Notes: generated from the sequence alone by a model not told the origin. DNA of 64,000 bases from Phycisphaerae bacterium (GCA_050115495.1 JASFQK010000025.1:1-64000), one strand, 5' to 3'; shown: positions 8,253 to 20,516, numbered from the stretch's first letter. Translations and numbers: made by a program.

Positions 8253-8680
8253 CGTGCCACTGGTGGCTTGTTCACCAGTGTCGTGCGTTCCCTTCCATGC
8301 GACGGGCAACTTGTACGCCCGGGCTCCGTACCGGACGTCCTCCGTTGCACAGGACGCCCCGCCCATGTCGAGCACTGCTCAAGAGCAGTGGCACACCGGG
8401 CCGTTGTCCGGTGCGGCGCGTTTCCTTCGTTCGACGGCCGGCATCCCGGCGCGCCGGGATCGGCCGCTACGCGCCGGGTCGTGTCGTTCCAGGCATTCGA
8501 CGTCGGCCACGGGGGGCCGACGCTACTGGACGGCCGACGTAACGTGCGGCCGTTGACGCACCGGTTACAAACCCGGTGCCACAGAGAAGACGGCCGGCAC
8601 GGAGACCGGCCGCTACGCGCCAGCCGCTGCCGCAGTCAGACGCTACGCGCCGGGTGCCACTCGTGGCTTGCCCACCAGTG
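8253..8680. repeat. Composite REP mosaic, copy 2
   Basis: Same palindrome families as 6468-6698: GTGCCAC-type at 8253-8280, 8372-8396 (inverted) and 8652-8680; GTAG-type at 8444-8470, 8497-8526 and 8589-8616. Confidence 0.88.
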
Positions 8681-8705
8681 CCGCGTTTCCGCCGGCTGAC
8701 GACTG

Positions 8706-9725
<1,020 letters not shown>

Positions 9726-9851
9726 GAACATCTCCCTCTGGGCCCCACCCGCCGCCCCGGCCGATCGGTTCGGCATGAGTCGGGGAAACCCGCCGAATCA
9801 TAGCTGACGAAGCGTGAAGCCGCCAAGGGCCGGGGGACGATCCTCTCCGGC

Positions 9852-11066
9852 TCAGGGTTCACGGTTCCGACGCGCTGCCATCCAGGCCAGGATGTCGGGG
9901 TAGACGCGTTCGCTGGCGATGGGGGCGGCTTCGAACTCGCCGTGGGCGATCTCGGGATAGACGCGGATCTCCTTGTCCGCCGACCGGACGCGGTCGAAGA
10001 AGATCTCGCGGGTCACGTCGGCGTTGGCGATGCGGTCCTCGCCGCCGACGATGACCAGGACGGGCGTCTGTACCAGATCGTAATGGTCCGAATAGAGGTG
10101 GTCCGGCTCGCCGAGGGTGCTGACGAAGCCCCCCTGCCGCACGCTCTTGGCCATCTGCTTCAGGACGCCGGCCTTCATGTGGTCCATGGCCCGCCGGCGG
10201 CCTTCGATGACGACCTGGGCCCGCAGGTTCGTGGCCCCGGTGAACCGGCCGGCGATGTCCAGCATGCCCTGCGTGATGGTCGTGCGCAGCGTGTCCACGC
10301 GATCGGCCATCGGCTTCGGCAGCTTCCGCCACCAAGCCTCGCCCGGGGCCATCCGAAAGCGGTCGAGCGGAACCTCGCCCACGAACTCCAGCAAGGCGTG
10401 CAGCCAGCCCCAGCGGGCCATCAGCTCGAACGGGTAGTTCGCCTTTGCCGACCAGGGCGACTCCAGGCCGAGCAGCCGCTGCCAGTCGAGGCGTCCCTCC
10501 GGCGTGTAGAGCGCCTGCGGCCAGCGCAATGCCGCCGGGAACTCGACGAGTACGGCGCCGGCGACGTCGGCGGCCCGCTGGCTGGCGGTGGCCTCGTCGG
10601 CGACGACGTGGACGGTGGGATCGCTCCCGCCCGCCGTAGCCCCCTGGACGAAGCCGGCGGTGACCATCGCCCCCATACTGGCCCCGACGAGGAAAGGCCG
10701 CTGGCCGGTATCCCGCCGAACACGGTCCACGACGGCGGGCAGGTCGTAGACGATGAAGTGGTCGACGCACCAGTCGTCGCTGCCGGGAGCGGGCTCGCTG
10801 CGCATGTGCGGCGCCCCGTAGCCGCGGAGGTTGATGAACCACAGGTCGTACCCCGCGTCGTGCAGCAGATCGCCGAGGCTGCGGTAGACGAAGCCGGGGC
10901 CGGTGACGCTCGGCAGGTCCCAATGGTCGGCGTTGGAAGCGATGCCGTGCAACAGGACGACCGGCGACCCGCCGGCCCGCGGACGGCGTTTGACGGCGAC
11001 GCGACCGCCGTCGGCGGTCGGAACATGGCACAAGATCGGTGACTGCGAGGCGGACCCCTGGTTCAT
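9852..11066 (-). CDS. Alpha/beta hydrolase (lipase/esterase-like)
   Basis: LLHG oxyanion segment, nucleophile elbow GASMG, candidate catalytic Asp (GGEDRI) and His (AHG). Confidence 0.87.
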   Translation of the reverse strand: MNQGSASQSPILCHVPTADGGRVAVKRRPRAGGSPVVLLHGIASNADHWDLPSVTGPGFVYRSLGDLLHDAGYDLWFINLRGYGAPHMRSEPAPGSDDWCVDHFIVYDLPAVVDRVRRDTGQRPFLVGASMGAMVTAGFVQGATAGGSDPTVHVVADEATASQRAADVAGAVLVEFPAALRWPQALYTPEGRLDWQRLLGLESPWSAKANYPFELMARWGWLHALLEFVGEVPLDRFRMAPGEAWWRKLPKPMADRVDTLRTTITQGMLDIAGRFTGATNLRAQVVIEGRRRAMDHMKAGVLKQMAKSVRQGGFVSTLGEPDHLYSDHYDLVQTPVLVIVGGEDRIANADVTREIFFDRVRSADKEIRVYPEIAHGEFEAAPIASERVYPDILAWMAARRNREP

Positions 11067-11123
11067 GAGCAGCCCTCCACCCGCGGGCGCCCTGCCGCAG
11101 CCGACAGCGGCGGCAGAAATGGA

Positions 11124-11151
11124 CGACGCCGGGCGCGGGCACCCGGCGTCG
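11124..11151 (-). terminator. Probable intrinsic terminator after rplT
   Basis: 10-bp stem CGACGCCGGG/CCCGGCGTCG followed on the minus strand by TCCATTTCT. Confidence 0.55.
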
Positions 11152-11175
11152 GTACAATCGTTGCGGGGCCGGGCG

Positions 11176-11535
11176 TCAGGACGCCGTGGCGGCCTTGGCC
11201 AGCTCGACCAGGCGGTCGAAGCCGGCGGGATCAGCGATGGCGACCTCGCTGAGCATCTTGCGGTTGAGAATGACGTTGCCGAGCTTCAGCCCGTTCATGA
11301 AGCGGTGATACGGGATGCCCCGGGAATGGCACGCCGCGCTGACGCGGGTGATCCACAGGGCGCGGAACTCGCGTTTGCGGGCTCGGCGGTCGCGAAACGC
11401 GTACTGCTCGGCCTTGATGACGAACTGCTTGGCGACGCGGAAGAGCTTGCTCCGCGAACCCCAGTAACCCGAGGCCTTGCGAAGCGTGCGGCGGTGCCGT
11501 TGGCGGGTGGCGGCTCCCGGTCGAACACGAGGCAT
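11176..11535 (-). CDS. rplT: 50S ribosomal protein L20
   Basis: MPRV...KASGYWGSRS...YAFRDRRARKREFRALWITR...LNRKMLSE. Confidence 0.98.
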   Translation of the reverse strand: MPRVRPGAATRQRHRRTLRKASGYWGSRSKLFRVAKQFVIKAEQYAFRDRRARKREFRALWITRVSAACHSRGIPYHRFMNGLKLGNVILNRKMLSEVAIADPAGFDRLVELAKAATAS

Positions 11536-11562
11536 GCGATCTTCTCCTTTCGCCGGGAACGG

Positions 11563-11760
11563 CTAGCTGGCGCCGAGGGCGCGCTTCAGGGCGTCGGCAA
11601 TCTTCCCAGTGACCAGGACCTGGCGGCGCAGGCGCTGCCGCCGAGTTCCGGGCTTGCCACTCATGAGGTGGGCGTGGAACGCCTGGCGGCGTTTCACCTT
11701 GCCGGTGCCGGTGATCTTGACGCGTTTGGACAACCCTTTGTGGGTCTTCTGCTTGGCCAT
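11563..11760 (-). CDS. rpmI: 50S ribosomal protein L35
   Basis: MAKQKTHKGLSKRVKITGTGKV...HLMSGK, upstream of rplT. Confidence 0.97.
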   Translation of the reverse strand: MAKQKTHKGLSKRVKITGTGKVKRRQAFHAHLMSGKPGTRRQRLRRQVLVTGKIADALKRALGAS

Positions 11761-11802
11761 AACAATCATCCCTTACGTCTGATACAGCGCAAAGAGCCAA
11801 TT

Positions 11803-11831
11803 AATATACACCGGGCCGGGGGGATCCGCAA
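11803..11831 (-). promoter_or_regulatory. sigma70-type promoter of rpmI-rplT
   Basis: TTGCGG-N17-TATATT on the minus strand, ~43 nt upstream of the rpmI ATG. Confidence 0.6.
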
Positions 11832-12025
11832 CGGGTCGGCTGCCAAAAGTGCCCGGGCCCATTGCCAAAGGGGGCCGGTTGCCCTACCGTGCGCCGGTCG
11901 CCCGCCCGAGCGGAGGCCCGCGCCCCAGCCTTTACCAGGGGAGGCGGCGGGCCAGCCGGCTAAGATCATCCGGAGAGCGTGTCGATAACCTCTCTGGACG
12001 CTTTATCACCCAGGAAAACGCGCAA

Positions 12026-13393
12026 ATGGCTACCAAACGTATGGGCATTGTCGTCGGCGGCGGACCCGCCCCCGGCATTAACGCCGTCATCGGGGCGGCG
12101 GTCATCCAGGCGATCAACTGCGGGTTCGAGGCTATCGGCTTCTACGACGGGTTCAAGTGGCTTACCGCCCCTCAGTTCGACCCGCCGACGCACTCGACGC
12201 GCCTAGCCATCCGGGACGTGGCCCGCATCCACTTCGACGGCGGGTCCATCCTGCGCATCGCCCGGGCCAACCTCCTCGATGAGCAGGCCCTGAAGACCGA
12301 GAACATCGTCAAGCCCAACCCCAAGAAGGTCTCGCTGGCGCTCGGCCGCTTGCGCGAACTGGGCATCAACTGCCTGCTCACCATCGGCGGCGACGATACG
12401 GCGCTCAGCGCCCGCTACATCGCCGAGGCCGGCGGCGACGCCCTCCGCGTCGTGCACGTGCCCAAGACCATCGACAACGACGTGCCCCTGCCCCAGAACC
12501 AGCATACGTTCGGGTTCGCCTCGGCGCGGTTCCACGGGACGCACCTGGTCAAGAACCTGATGCAGGATTCGCAGACGACCGGGCGGTGGTACCTGATCAC
12601 GGCCATGGGCCGCAGCGCCGGTCACCTGACGCTGTCGATCGGTATGGCCGCCGGCTCGACGCTCAGCCTGATCCCCGAGGAATTCGCCGACCGCACGACC
12701 GTGCAGCAGATCGCCGACGTGCTCGAAGGGGCGATTCTCAAGCGGCGGGTGATGGGCCGCCCGGACGGCGTGGCTCTCATCGCCGAGGGGCTGGCCTATC
12801 GGCTGGGCGACCGCGAGGAGCTGGCCCGGCTGCTGGGGCGAGAGGTTCCGGTGGACGCCGCCGGTCACCCGCGGCTGGCCGAAGTGCCGCTGGTGGATTT
12901 GCTGAAGCGCGAGGTGCAGGCCCGCTTCAAGGCTCGCGGCGAGTCGCTGTCGCTGATCACGCACACGATCGGCTACGAGCTGCGCTCGGCGGACCCGACG
13001 CCGCGCGACATGTCGTACTGCCGCAGCCTGGGCTATCACAGTATCAAGCTGTTCAGCGACGATGTGCCGCAACCGAAGTCGGGCTACCTGGTGGCGCTGG
13101 TTAATGAGAACCTGGCGCCGCTCGAGCTGCACGAGTTGCTCGACACGGAGACGAGCCGCATTCGCACGCGGCTGGTGGACGTGTCCAGCGACAACTATGA
13201 GGTGGCTCGGGCGTACCAGATTCGGCTGGAGTGCGCCGACCTGCGCGATCCGGTCATGCTGGCCAAGCTGGCCGTCGAGGCGCACACGTCGCCGGCGGAG
13301 TTCAAGAAGCGTTACTGCCGAGCGGCGATGCGCATCGGGCAGATCGAGTGCCCCGACTGCGAGCATTCGCCCACGGCCGAGGCGGCGACGTAG
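12026..13393 (+). CDS. pfp: Pyrophosphate-dependent phosphofructokinase
   Basis: GGGPAPGIN, IGGDDT and PKTIDND (the GGDD Asp and PKT Lys are the PPi-specificity residues), MGRSAG, GYELR. Confidence 0.92.
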   Translation: MATKRMGIVVGGGPAPGINAVIGAAVIQAINCGFEAIGFYDGFKWLTAPQFDPPTHSTRLAIRDVARIHFDGGSILRIARANLLDEQALKTENIVKPNPKKVSLALGRLRELGINCLLTIGGDDTALSARYIAEAGGDALRVVHVPKTIDNDVPLPQNQHTFGFASARFHGTHLVKNLMQDSQTTGRWYLITAMGRSAGHLTLSIGMAAGSTLSLIPEEFADRTTVQQIADVLEGAILKRRVMGRPDGVALIAEGLAYRLGDREELARLLGREVPVDAAGHPRLAEVPLVDLLKREVQARFKARGESLSLITHTIGYELRSADPTPRDMSYCRSLGYHSIKLFSDDVPQPKSGYLVALVNENLAPLELHELLDTETSRIRTRLVDVSSDNYEVARAYQIRLECADLRDPVMLAKLAVEAHTSPAEFKKRYCRAAMRIGQIECPDCEHSPTAEAAT

Positions 13394-13415
13394 CGCGAAT
13401 CCGCGTGGCCGAGGT

Positions 13416-13573
13416 GTAGCGTCGGCCCCCCGTGGCCGACGTCGAACGCCAGGAAACGCCTTCCCTGCGACCAGCATTAGCGGTGTGGCATGCCGAAGCT
13501 CTCAGGCGCCGGCATGTCGCCTTCGCGTGTCGGGAGTAACATGCCCGCGCCTTATAGCTTGGGCATGCCACAC
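13416..13573. repeat. REP cluster between convergent genes
   Basis: GTAG REP at 13416-13445 plus an inverted pair GTGTGGCATGCC.../...GGCATGCCACAC (13483-13573). Confidence 0.8.
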
Positions 13574-13610
13574 TTCGGGTTCGCTCGCCGCGGGCCACTG
13601 CCGCGCGGCG

Positions 13611-14267
13611 TCAGCGGACGAGAACGCCGGTCGCCCAGGTGCTCGGGTCGACGTTCCAGCCCAGCTCGTCGTCGACGGTGAGGTGCTGGCCGCCGAGCGC
13701 GGTGTCCTTGACCTTGTAGAACACGCCGAGACGGGGGTGGTCCGCCGGACTCCAGCCGTGCAGGCACGCCGCGGGGATCGCCACTTCGAGGCTGTAGCCC
13801 CGGCGGTGGAAATGGGCGGCGGCGCGGATGCGGGCGACGTCGACGGGCGGCGGGGGTTCCTTGGCCCGGCTCATGCGATGCTGGCCGACGACGGGATGCT
13901 TGCCCTGCGGGCCGCCGCCGACGGGCAGGACGTAGAAGAAGTGGCAGAAGCGCGTAGCCCGCTTGACGTCGCGGGCGTCACGCGTGTCGATGCAGATGCG
14001 CACGCCGTTCTTCTTCCACCAGTGCGCCGGGTCACACTCCAGCCGTCCGGATCGCCCGGTCACGTCGAACGCCACCACCAGGCCGTCGTCGTTCCAGGAC
14101 CAGTACACGTCGGCGAAAGGCCGCTGGTCCTCCAGCTCCACCAGCGGCGGGACGAGATACTCCGCGTCCCACTTGCTCACGATCCCGTCGATGGGCGGCG
14201 TTGGGGCGAGGTAGCGAATCGGCAGTTCGAAACGCAACAGCGCCCGCCGCGGCAGGCTGTCCAGCAT
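13611..14267 (-). CDS. CBM9/DOMON-like beta-sandwich protein
   Basis: WNDDGLVVAFDV, GVRICIDTRD, GYSLEVAIPAACL and PSTWATGVL resemble CBM9-like folds. Confidence 0.65.
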   Translation of the reverse strand: MLDSLPRRALLRFELPIRYLAPTPPIDGIVSKWDAEYLVPPLVELEDQRPFADVYWSWNDDGLVVAFDVTGRSGRLECDPAHWWKKNGVRICIDTRDARDVKRATRFCHFFYVLPVGGGPQGKHPVVGQHRMSRAKEPPPPVDVARIRAAAHFHRRGYSLEVAIPAACLHGWSPADHPRLGVFYKVKDTALGGQHLTVDDELGWNVDPSTWATGVLVR

Positions 14268-14272
14268 GGCAG

Positions 14273-14896
14273 TTAATCGCTCGGGCAGTCGAAGACCTTG
14301 TGAATCAACGCGTACTCGTCGAGGAAACCCGCCGGCGTGCGCGGATCGTCCTGCGGCATGTTGAATTGTAGCAGCAACCGCGTGCCACTGCGTGTGACGT
14401 CCACGGTGTAGACCGGCAGTGTTTCGTAGTCGTCGGTGACGTCGGCAATCTCGCCACTGGGCAGGTTGGATTCGATCTTCGTGACGGTGAAGGTGAACGC
14501 GCTGCCGTCGTCATTGAGCTCGTACGTCCCGATCTGGATGTCGAGCGTTTCGATGAAGCCGAAGACCTTCTGAACCACGTAGCGGGTCAGCGTGCCCGAG
14601 TCGGGGTCGAAGTGCAGGGCCTGCCACATGCGCAGGTTGCGGCCCGTCTTCGGCGGGTCGATTCCTTCGAACGCGCCCCAGCAGCCGTCCAGTGTCTCGA
14701 CGTCGTCCAGGATCGTACCGGGCGTGACGGCGCGCAGTGCGTCGCTCTCGGCCGTGCTGTATGTCGACGAATGGTTGTAGACACTCTTGAGCACCGACGG
14801 CAACGCGGCCGGCAGCGAGTACAGCGGACAACCCCCGGGCAACATGAGTGCAGTGAGTGCGACCAGACCAAGCAGACGAATTCCGCGCGAACGCAT
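14273..14896 (-). CDS. Hypothetical lipoprotein
   Basis: Signal peptide ending LPGGC. ATG at 14896 after GGAGG. Confidence 0.7.
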   Translation of the reverse strand: MRSRGIRLLGLVALTALMLPGGCPLYSLPAALPSVLKSVYNHSSTYSTAESDALRAVTPGTILDDVETLDGCWGAFEGIDPPKTGRNLRMWQALHFDPDSGTLTRYVVQKVFGFIETLDIQIGTYELNDDGSAFTFTVTKIESNLPSGEIADVTDDYETLPVYTVDVTRSGTRLLLQFNMPQDDPRTPAGFLDEYALIHKVFDCPSD

Positions 14897-15138
14897 GGTT
14901 CCTCCTTCTGCCAATCTCAGAGAGCGCCTCGCAAGGCAAGACCCCGGCCGGCGACCCGGCGCCAAACGGACAACCGTCCGTACCCGCGTCTGTCACCGGA
15001 CCACCGGCACAATGCCACTCGACGGCCGTCGGCGATCCCGACCGCCGTCTCCTGCATCATCATAGCGCTCCCTCAAGTGTCCGCGCACGTCCGCTTCACC
15101 GCACGCCGCCGGTGCCGGCGACAGCCGGACGCCCGAGC

Positions 15139-15561
15139 TTAGCCGGGCGAGGAGTACGGAACACGCTTCAGGACATCGGCCGGTGCCGGCGTCACCGGTG
15201 GGAACTTCACCTTCTGCTGGCCATACTGCAGCGATTCTGTCGGATCGACGTAGTGCAGGTAGAATACCGCGCGGGTCTTGCCCGCCGTGGTCTCGAGCAC
15301 CTCTTCGAGCCACGGGACCTGGGCGTCCATCGAGCGATCAGGGTACCCGAGTTCGTCGAAGTTGATCTCCTCCTCCGAGCCGGTGACTTCGACGACGACG
15401 AGCCAGGCGTTGTCCCAGTTTTCGCGTAACTGGTCCCGCCATTCGTCCTGCGCCTCTGGATCCGTACCGGCACACTGGACGAGATCCTGTTTGAACAGTG
15501 CCTCGTCAAACGGCACTCTGTGCAGCCCCACGATACTCATGGTGTGTTCCGTTCCTGGCAT
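15139..15561 (-). CDS. Hypothetical acidic protein
   Basis: GGAGG RBS before MPGTEH; coding-like codon bias. Confidence 0.7.
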   Translation of the reverse strand: MPGTEHTMSIVGLHRVPFDEALFKQDLVQCAGTDPEAQDEWRDQLRENWDNAWLVVVEVTGSEEEINFDELGYPDRSMDAQVPWLEEVLETTAGKTRAVFYLHYVDPTESLQYGQQKVKFPPVTPAPADVLKRVPYSSPG

Positions 15562-15627
15562 GGCGATCCTCCCTTGTGGTGTGCGGGCGACGCGCCGAGC
15601 GCCGTACCACACACCGCACCGGCCATA

Positions 15628-18600
15628 CTAAGGCATACCGGCGACTGCTTTCAAATATGCCTTCGCCGCCTTCTTCACGAACCGACGGAACGCCGGCGTG
15701 TTGATCTCCTTCTTGTCGTGCACGTACACCGCGACGGCGTCGAGGCCGTCACGCCGCTTGCGCACGTCCACACGCGACCAGTCCCCGTACGTGGGCAGAT
15801 CCTCGCGTTCGTCGAGCGTCTTCAATCCCAGCTCTTCATCGATGGCCGGCCACTTGAACGTGCCGGGCGGCACGCGGAAGTACAGCTCGAGCAGCCACTC
15901 GCCGCCGGTGAGGGCGTGCAGGAACCACTTGGGCGCGTCGGGTGCGGTCACCTCAACGCTGGCCCGTTCGTTCCAGTTGGCGGGCGCGAACGGGCCGGCC
16001 TTCTGCACAAGCTCGATGACGTATTCGAGCGCCGCCGGCTCCCAACGACGTTCCTGGCCGCCGCGGCTTTCGCGCTGGCTGAGGTGCCACTTGCGACCGT
16101 CGACCTGCCAGGGCATGCGGACGTCGCGGCCGACCTCGCCGAAGCCGCCCTGGGCCGCTTCGAGTTCGCGGGCGGCATGCGCCGCAGCGTCGTACGGCTG
16201 ACGATGCTCGCGCGGGCTGCTCGCCAGAACCGGTTCCAGTGCCGCCGCCGTATGGGAGGTCAGTTTCGGCTGTTCCGCCGACGAGAGCTGCGCGGCCCGG
16301 CGCTGGGCGGCGCCTTCGAGCAGCTCTTCCGGCGTACCCAGAGCCACGAGCGCTCCGCCCTCTTCGCCGGCTTCGGGACCGAGGTCGATGACCCAGTCCG
16401 CCGATTTGATCACGTCGAGGTTGTGCTCGACGACGAGGACCGTGTTGCCCAGATCGACGAGTCGGTGAATGACGGCGAGCAGCTTGCGTACATCGTCGAA
16501 GTGCAGGCCGGTGGTCGGCTCGTCGAGGATGTAGAACGTGCGGCCGGTGTCCGGCTTGCCCAATTCAGCGGCGAGCTTGACCCGCTGAGCCTCGCCACCG
16601 GAGAGCGTCGGCGCCGGCTGGCCGAGCTGTACGTAGTCGAGGCCGACGTCGGCGAGCGTCTGGAGCATGCGGCGGACGCGGGGAATGTTGCCGAAGAGGT
16701 CCAGGGCCTCGCCCACGCGCAGGTCGAGCACGTCGGCGATGGACTTGTCCTTGAACTTCACGGCGAGCGTCTCGGGGTTGTAGCGATGGCCGTGGCAAGT
16801 CTCGCACTCGACCCAGACGTCGGGCATGAAGTGCATCTCGATGCACTTCTGGCCGTAGCCCTCGCAGGCCTCGCAGCGACCGCCGGGGCGGTTGAAGCTG
16901 AAGCGGTTCGGGCCGTAGCCGCGCATTTTGCTGTCCGGCAGGCGGGCGAAGAGTTCGCGGATGCCGTCGAAGGCGCCGGTGTACGTGGCGGGGTTGCTCG
17001 ACGGCGTGCTGCCGATGGGCGACTGGTCGACGTTGATGACCTTGTCGAGATCGCCGGCACCTTCGAGGGCGTCGTGCTCGCCGGGCGTGAGGGCGGCCCG
17101 CTGCAACTCGATGGCCAGGGCGGGCCAGAGGATGTCGTTGACGAGCGAGCTCTTGCCCGAGCCGGACACGCCGGTGACGCAGGTGAAACGCCCGAGCGGG
17201 ATCGGCACGTCGATGTTGCGGAGGTTGTTCTGGCGGGCGCCGCGGACAACGAGCCAACCGGGATCGCTCCCGGGTTCCTTCTCCCCTTTCTTCCTCTTCC
17301 GCTGCGGGCGTTGCGATTCGAGCGTCTCAAACGCCACCGGTCGGCGGTTCGTCGGGACCGCGACGGCGGTTGCGCCGCTGAGGTAGGCACGGGTGAGCGA
17401 TGGTGGCTGTTGCTGTTTCGCGCCGCCATCGCCCGCCGGCGTCAGGAAGTCACCTGCCGCCCCTTGCGCGACGATCTGGCCGCCGGTCGTGCCCGCGCCC
17501 GGTCCGAAATCGAGCAGCCGGTCGGCGTGGGCGATGACCTCGCGGTCGTGCTCGACGACGAGCAGCGTGTTGCCGAGGTCGCGGAGCTTGCGCAGGGCGT
17601 TGATCAGACGGAGGTTGTCGCGCTGGTGCAGGCCGATGGTCGGCTCGTCCAGGACATACAGGACGCCGGAGAGGCCGCTACCGATCTGGCTGGCCAGGCG
17701 GATGCGCTGGGCCTCGCCGCCGGAGAGCGTGGGAGCGGCGCGGTGCAGGTTGAGATATTCGAGGCCGACGTCGAGGAGGAACTGGAGGCGGTCGCGGATT
17801 TCCTTGAGGACTTCGCCGGCGATCTGCCGCTGGCGGGTGTCGAACTTCAGTGTGCGGAAGAACTCGGCGGCGTCCCTGAGCGGCATTTCGCAGACTTCGA
17901 CGATCGTGCGGCCGGTGCCGTTTGTCCGTGAATCGTCCGGGCTGGCGGGGCCGCCGAGGCGCACGGCCGACGCATCGGGCCGCAGTCGCCCGCCGTGGCA
18001 GGCGACGCAGGGGATGTCGGTGACGACGTTGTGCAGGCGGTGGCGGAAGAGCCAGCTATTGCGGGTGGCGGCGTCGATGGCCGGGACGAAGCCGCACCAC
18101 TGGAAACGCACGCCGGCGAAGACGTCCTTGCCGTCGAGCCAGCCGCCGCGGCCGGTGGCGGCGGTGCCGTAGAGCAGCACGCGTTTCTGGGCGGCGGTCC
18201 AGGAGCGCAGCGGCGTGCTCGGCTTCACGCCGAGGTGGTGGCACAGTGCCAGCAGCGTGCGGCCGAAGGGCGATTGCCGGTCGATCGGGCCCCAGCCGGC
18301 GATGGCCCCGTCGAAGAGCGAGTGGGTCGGATGGGCGATGATCGCCGCCACCGGTGCCCCGCGCTGCACGCCGAGCCCTTCGCATGTCTCGCACCAGCCG
18401 AGCTGACTGTTGAAGCTGTAGTGGTGCGGGCTGAGCTCCTCGTAGCTGGTTCCGCACTGCGGGCAGGCCAGCTTCTGCGAAAACATGAACTCGCGGGCGG
18501 GACTATGGCGGACACGCGGCGCGGCCGGCGGAGCAGCTTCCACGTCGGCGGCGGCAGAATCCTCGGGTGGCGGCTCTTCCTCGACCGTCTCGAACGCCTC

Positions 18601-20469
18601 GACCAACAGCGTCATCACGCCGCCGGCGAGCGCGAGAGCGTGCTCGACACCTTCGGTGATGCGGCCGCGGCTGCGGGCCCGCACGACGGTGCGGTCGATC
18701 ACGACCTCGACCCGGTGCCGCCGGCGGGCGTCGAGCGTCGTGGCGCCGGCGGTGAGCTGGATCTCGCCGTCGACGCGGACGCGCGTGTAGCCCGAGTTCT
18801 TCAGCCGCGTGAAGAGCGTCGCGTACGTTTCGCCGTCGCCGAGGCTGACCGGGGCGAGCAGGATGATCGGCGTACCGGCGTCCAGGGCCATGATGCGGCC
18901 GACCATCTCGTCGACCGTTTGCGAGCCGATCGGCACGTGGCAGCGGACGCAATGCGGCGTGCCGACGCGAGCCCACAGCACGCGCATGTAGTCGTAGATC
19001 TCGGTGATCGTGCCGACCGTCGAGCGCGGGCTCTTGCTGGCCGCCTTCTGCTCGATGCAGATGGCCGGCGAGAGGCCGGCGACGTGCTCGACGCGCGGCT
19101 TGCCCATCTGGCCGAGGAACTGCCGGGCGTACGCCGACAGCGACTCGACGTACCGCCGGTAGCCCTCGATGAAGACCGTGTCGATGGCGAAGCTCGTCTT
19201 GCCCGAGCCGGAGACGCCGGTGCAGACCGTCAGGCGGTCGCGCGGGAACGATACGGTGACGTTTTTCAGGTTGTGCTGGCGGGCGCCGACGACGGTGATG
19301 GCGTCGCGGGCGAATTCAGGCGTGGTGTCGGCGACGGGTCGCGTCGCCGGCGGTGACGCCGCTCTCCGGCGTCGCGTCGTGCCCAGCACCTCATGCAGGG
19401 CTGCGCCGGTGTGCGACTGGGCACAGGCGGCGACGTCCTCCGGCGTACCCTCGACGACGATCGTACCCCCCTGCTCGCCGCCCTCGGGACCGAGGTCGAT
19501 CACCCAGTCCGCCGTCTTGATCACGTCCAGGTTGTGCTCGATCACGACGACCGTGTTGCCGGCGTCGACGAAGCCGTGCAGCACGACCAGCAGGCGGCGG
19601 ATGTCGTCGAAGTGCAGGCCGGTGGTCGGCTCGTCGAGGACGTAGAGCGTACGGCCGGTGGCTTTCTTGACGAGCTCGCGGGCGAGCTTGATGCGCTGGG
19701 CCTCGCCGCCGGAGAGCGTGGTGCTCGGCTGGCCGAGCTTGATGTAGTCGAGGCCGACGTCGTGGAGCGTCTGGAGCATGCCGCGGACGCGGGGCACGTT
19801 CTCGAAGTGGTCCAGAGCCTCCTGTACGTCCATCTCGAGGACGTCGGCGATGGAGCAGCCCTTGTAGCGCATCTGGAGGGTTTCGCGCGTGAAGCGGGCC
19901 CCGGCGCAGACCGGGCAGGTCACCCACACATCGGCGAGGAAATCCATCTCGATGCGGTTGGCGCCGTTGCCCTCGCAGGCCTCGCAGCGGCCGCCGCCCC
20001 GACGGGAGGAGACATTGAAGCTGAAGCGGCCGGAACGGTAGCCACGCAGACGGGCGTCCGGCAGCTTGGTGAACAGGTGGCGAATCTCGTCGAAGACCTT
20101 GATGTACGTCGCCGGGTTGCTCCGCGGCGTGCGGCCGATCGGCGACTGGTCAATGGCGATAATCTTGTCTAGGTGCGTGAGGCCGTCGATGCCGGCGTGG
20201 CGGCCGGGCCGCACCGTGGTGGCCCGGTTCAATTCGCGGGCCAGCGCCGCGTAGAGAATGTCGTTGACCAGCGAGCTCTTGCCCGAGCCGGAAACGCCGG
20301 TGACGCACGTGAACCGTCCCAGCGGGAAGCCGGCATCGATCTCCCGCAGGTTATTGTGCGCCGCGCCGCGGACGACCAGCCAGGGCACGTCGCCGTTACC
20401 GGCGCGCACGTTCCCCACGGCCGTTGTGTCGGCGGACGATTTCGTACTGCGTGGCCCGCTCTTGCTCAT
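15628..20469 (-). CDS. uvrA: Excinuclease ABC subunit A, extended form with three ABC cassettes and a C-terminal extension
   Basis: Three sets of GVSGSGK(S/T), LSGGEAQR and LDEP, UvrA zinc fingers, [15 protein letters not shown]. Confidence 0.95.
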   Translation of the reverse strand: MSKSGPRSTKSSADTTAVGNVRAGNGDVPWLVVRGAAHNNLREIDAGFPLGRFTCVTGVSGSGKSSLVNDILYAALARELNRATTVRPGRHAGIDGLTHLDKIIAIDQSPIGRTPRSNPATYIKVFDEIRHLFTKLPDARLRGYRSGRFSFNVSSRRGGGRCEACEGNGANRIEMDFLADVWVTCPVCAGARFTRETLQMRYKGCSIADVLEMDVQEALDHFENVPRVRGMLQTLHDVGLDYIKLGQPSTTLSGGEAQRIKLARELVKKATGRTLYVLDEPTTGLHFDDIRRLLVVLHGFVDAGNTVVVIEHNLDVIKTADWVIDLGPEGGEQGGTIVVEGTPEDVAACAQSHTGAALHEVLGTTRRRRAASPPATRPVADTTPEFARDAITVVGARQHNLKNVTVSFPRDRLTVCTGVSGSGKTSFAIDTVFIEGYRRYVESLSAYARQFLGQMGKPRVEHVAGLSPAICIEQKAASKSPRSTVGTITEIYDYMRVLWARVGTPHCVRCHVPIGSQTVDEMVGRIMALDAGTPIILLAPVSLGDGETYATLFTRLKNSGYTRVRVDGEIQLTAGATTLDARRRHRVEVVIDRTVVRARSRGRITEGVEHALALAGGVMTLLVEAFETVEEEPPPEDSAAADVEAAPPAAPRVRHSPAREFMFSQKLACPQCGTSYEELSPHHYSFNSQLGWCETCEGLGVQRGAPVAAIIAHPTHSLFDGAIAGWGPIDRQSPFGRTLLALCHHLGVKPSTPLRSWTAAQKRVLLYGTAATGRGGWLDGKDVFAGVRFQWCGFVPAIDAATRNSWLFRHRLHNVVTDIPCVACHGGRLRPDASAVRLGGPASPDDSRTNGTGRTIVEVCEMPLRDAAEFFRTLKFDTRQRQIAGEVLKEIRDRLQFLLDVGLEYLNLHRAAPTLSGGEAQRIRLASQIGSGLSGVLYVLDEPTIGLHQRDNLRLINALRKLRDLGNTLLVVEHDREVIAHADRLLDFGPGAGTTGGQIVAQGAAGDFLTPAGDGGAKQQQPPSLTRAYLSGATAVAVPTNRRPVAFETLESQRPQRKRKKGEKEPGSDPGWLVVRGARQNNLRNIDVPIPLGRFTCVTGVSGSGKSSLVNDILWPALAIELQRAALTPGEHDALEGAGDLDKVINVDQSPIGSTPSSNPATYTGAFDGIRELFARLPDSKMRGYGPNRFSFNRPGGRCEACEGYGQKCIEMHFMPDVWVECETCHGHRYNPETLAVKFKDKSIADVLDLRVGEALDLFGNIPRVRRMLQTLADVGLDYVQLGQPAPTLSGGEAQRVKLAAELGKPDTGRTFYILDEPTTGLHFDDVRKLLAVIHRLVDLGNTVLVVEHNLDVIKSADWVIDLGPEAGEEGGALVALGTPEELLEGAAQRRAAQLSSAEQPKLTSHTAAALEPVLASSPREHRQPYDAAAHAARELEAAQGGFGEVGRDVRMPWQVDGRKWHLSQRESRGGQERRWEPAALEYVIELVQKAGPFAPANWNERASVEVTAPDAPKWFLHALTGGEWLLELYFRVPPGTFKWPAIDEELGLKTLDEREDLPTYGDWSRVDVRKRRDGLDAVAVYVHDKKEINTPAFRRFVKKAAKAYLKAVAGMP

Positions 20470-20507
20470 CTCTCCCTGGTTGCGCCGGCGGTGCGGCGAA
20501 AACCCGC

Positions 20508-20516
20508 ATTATACCA
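20508..20516 (-). promoter_or_regulatory. Extended -10 element (TGGTATAAT) upstream of uvrA
   Basis: TGnTATAAT ~39 nt upstream of the uvrA ATG. Confidence 0.6.

Noticed and set aside
11563..11850. No infC upstream of rpmI-rplT
   Set aside because: Separation from infC occurs in many lineages, and rpmI has its own promoter here.
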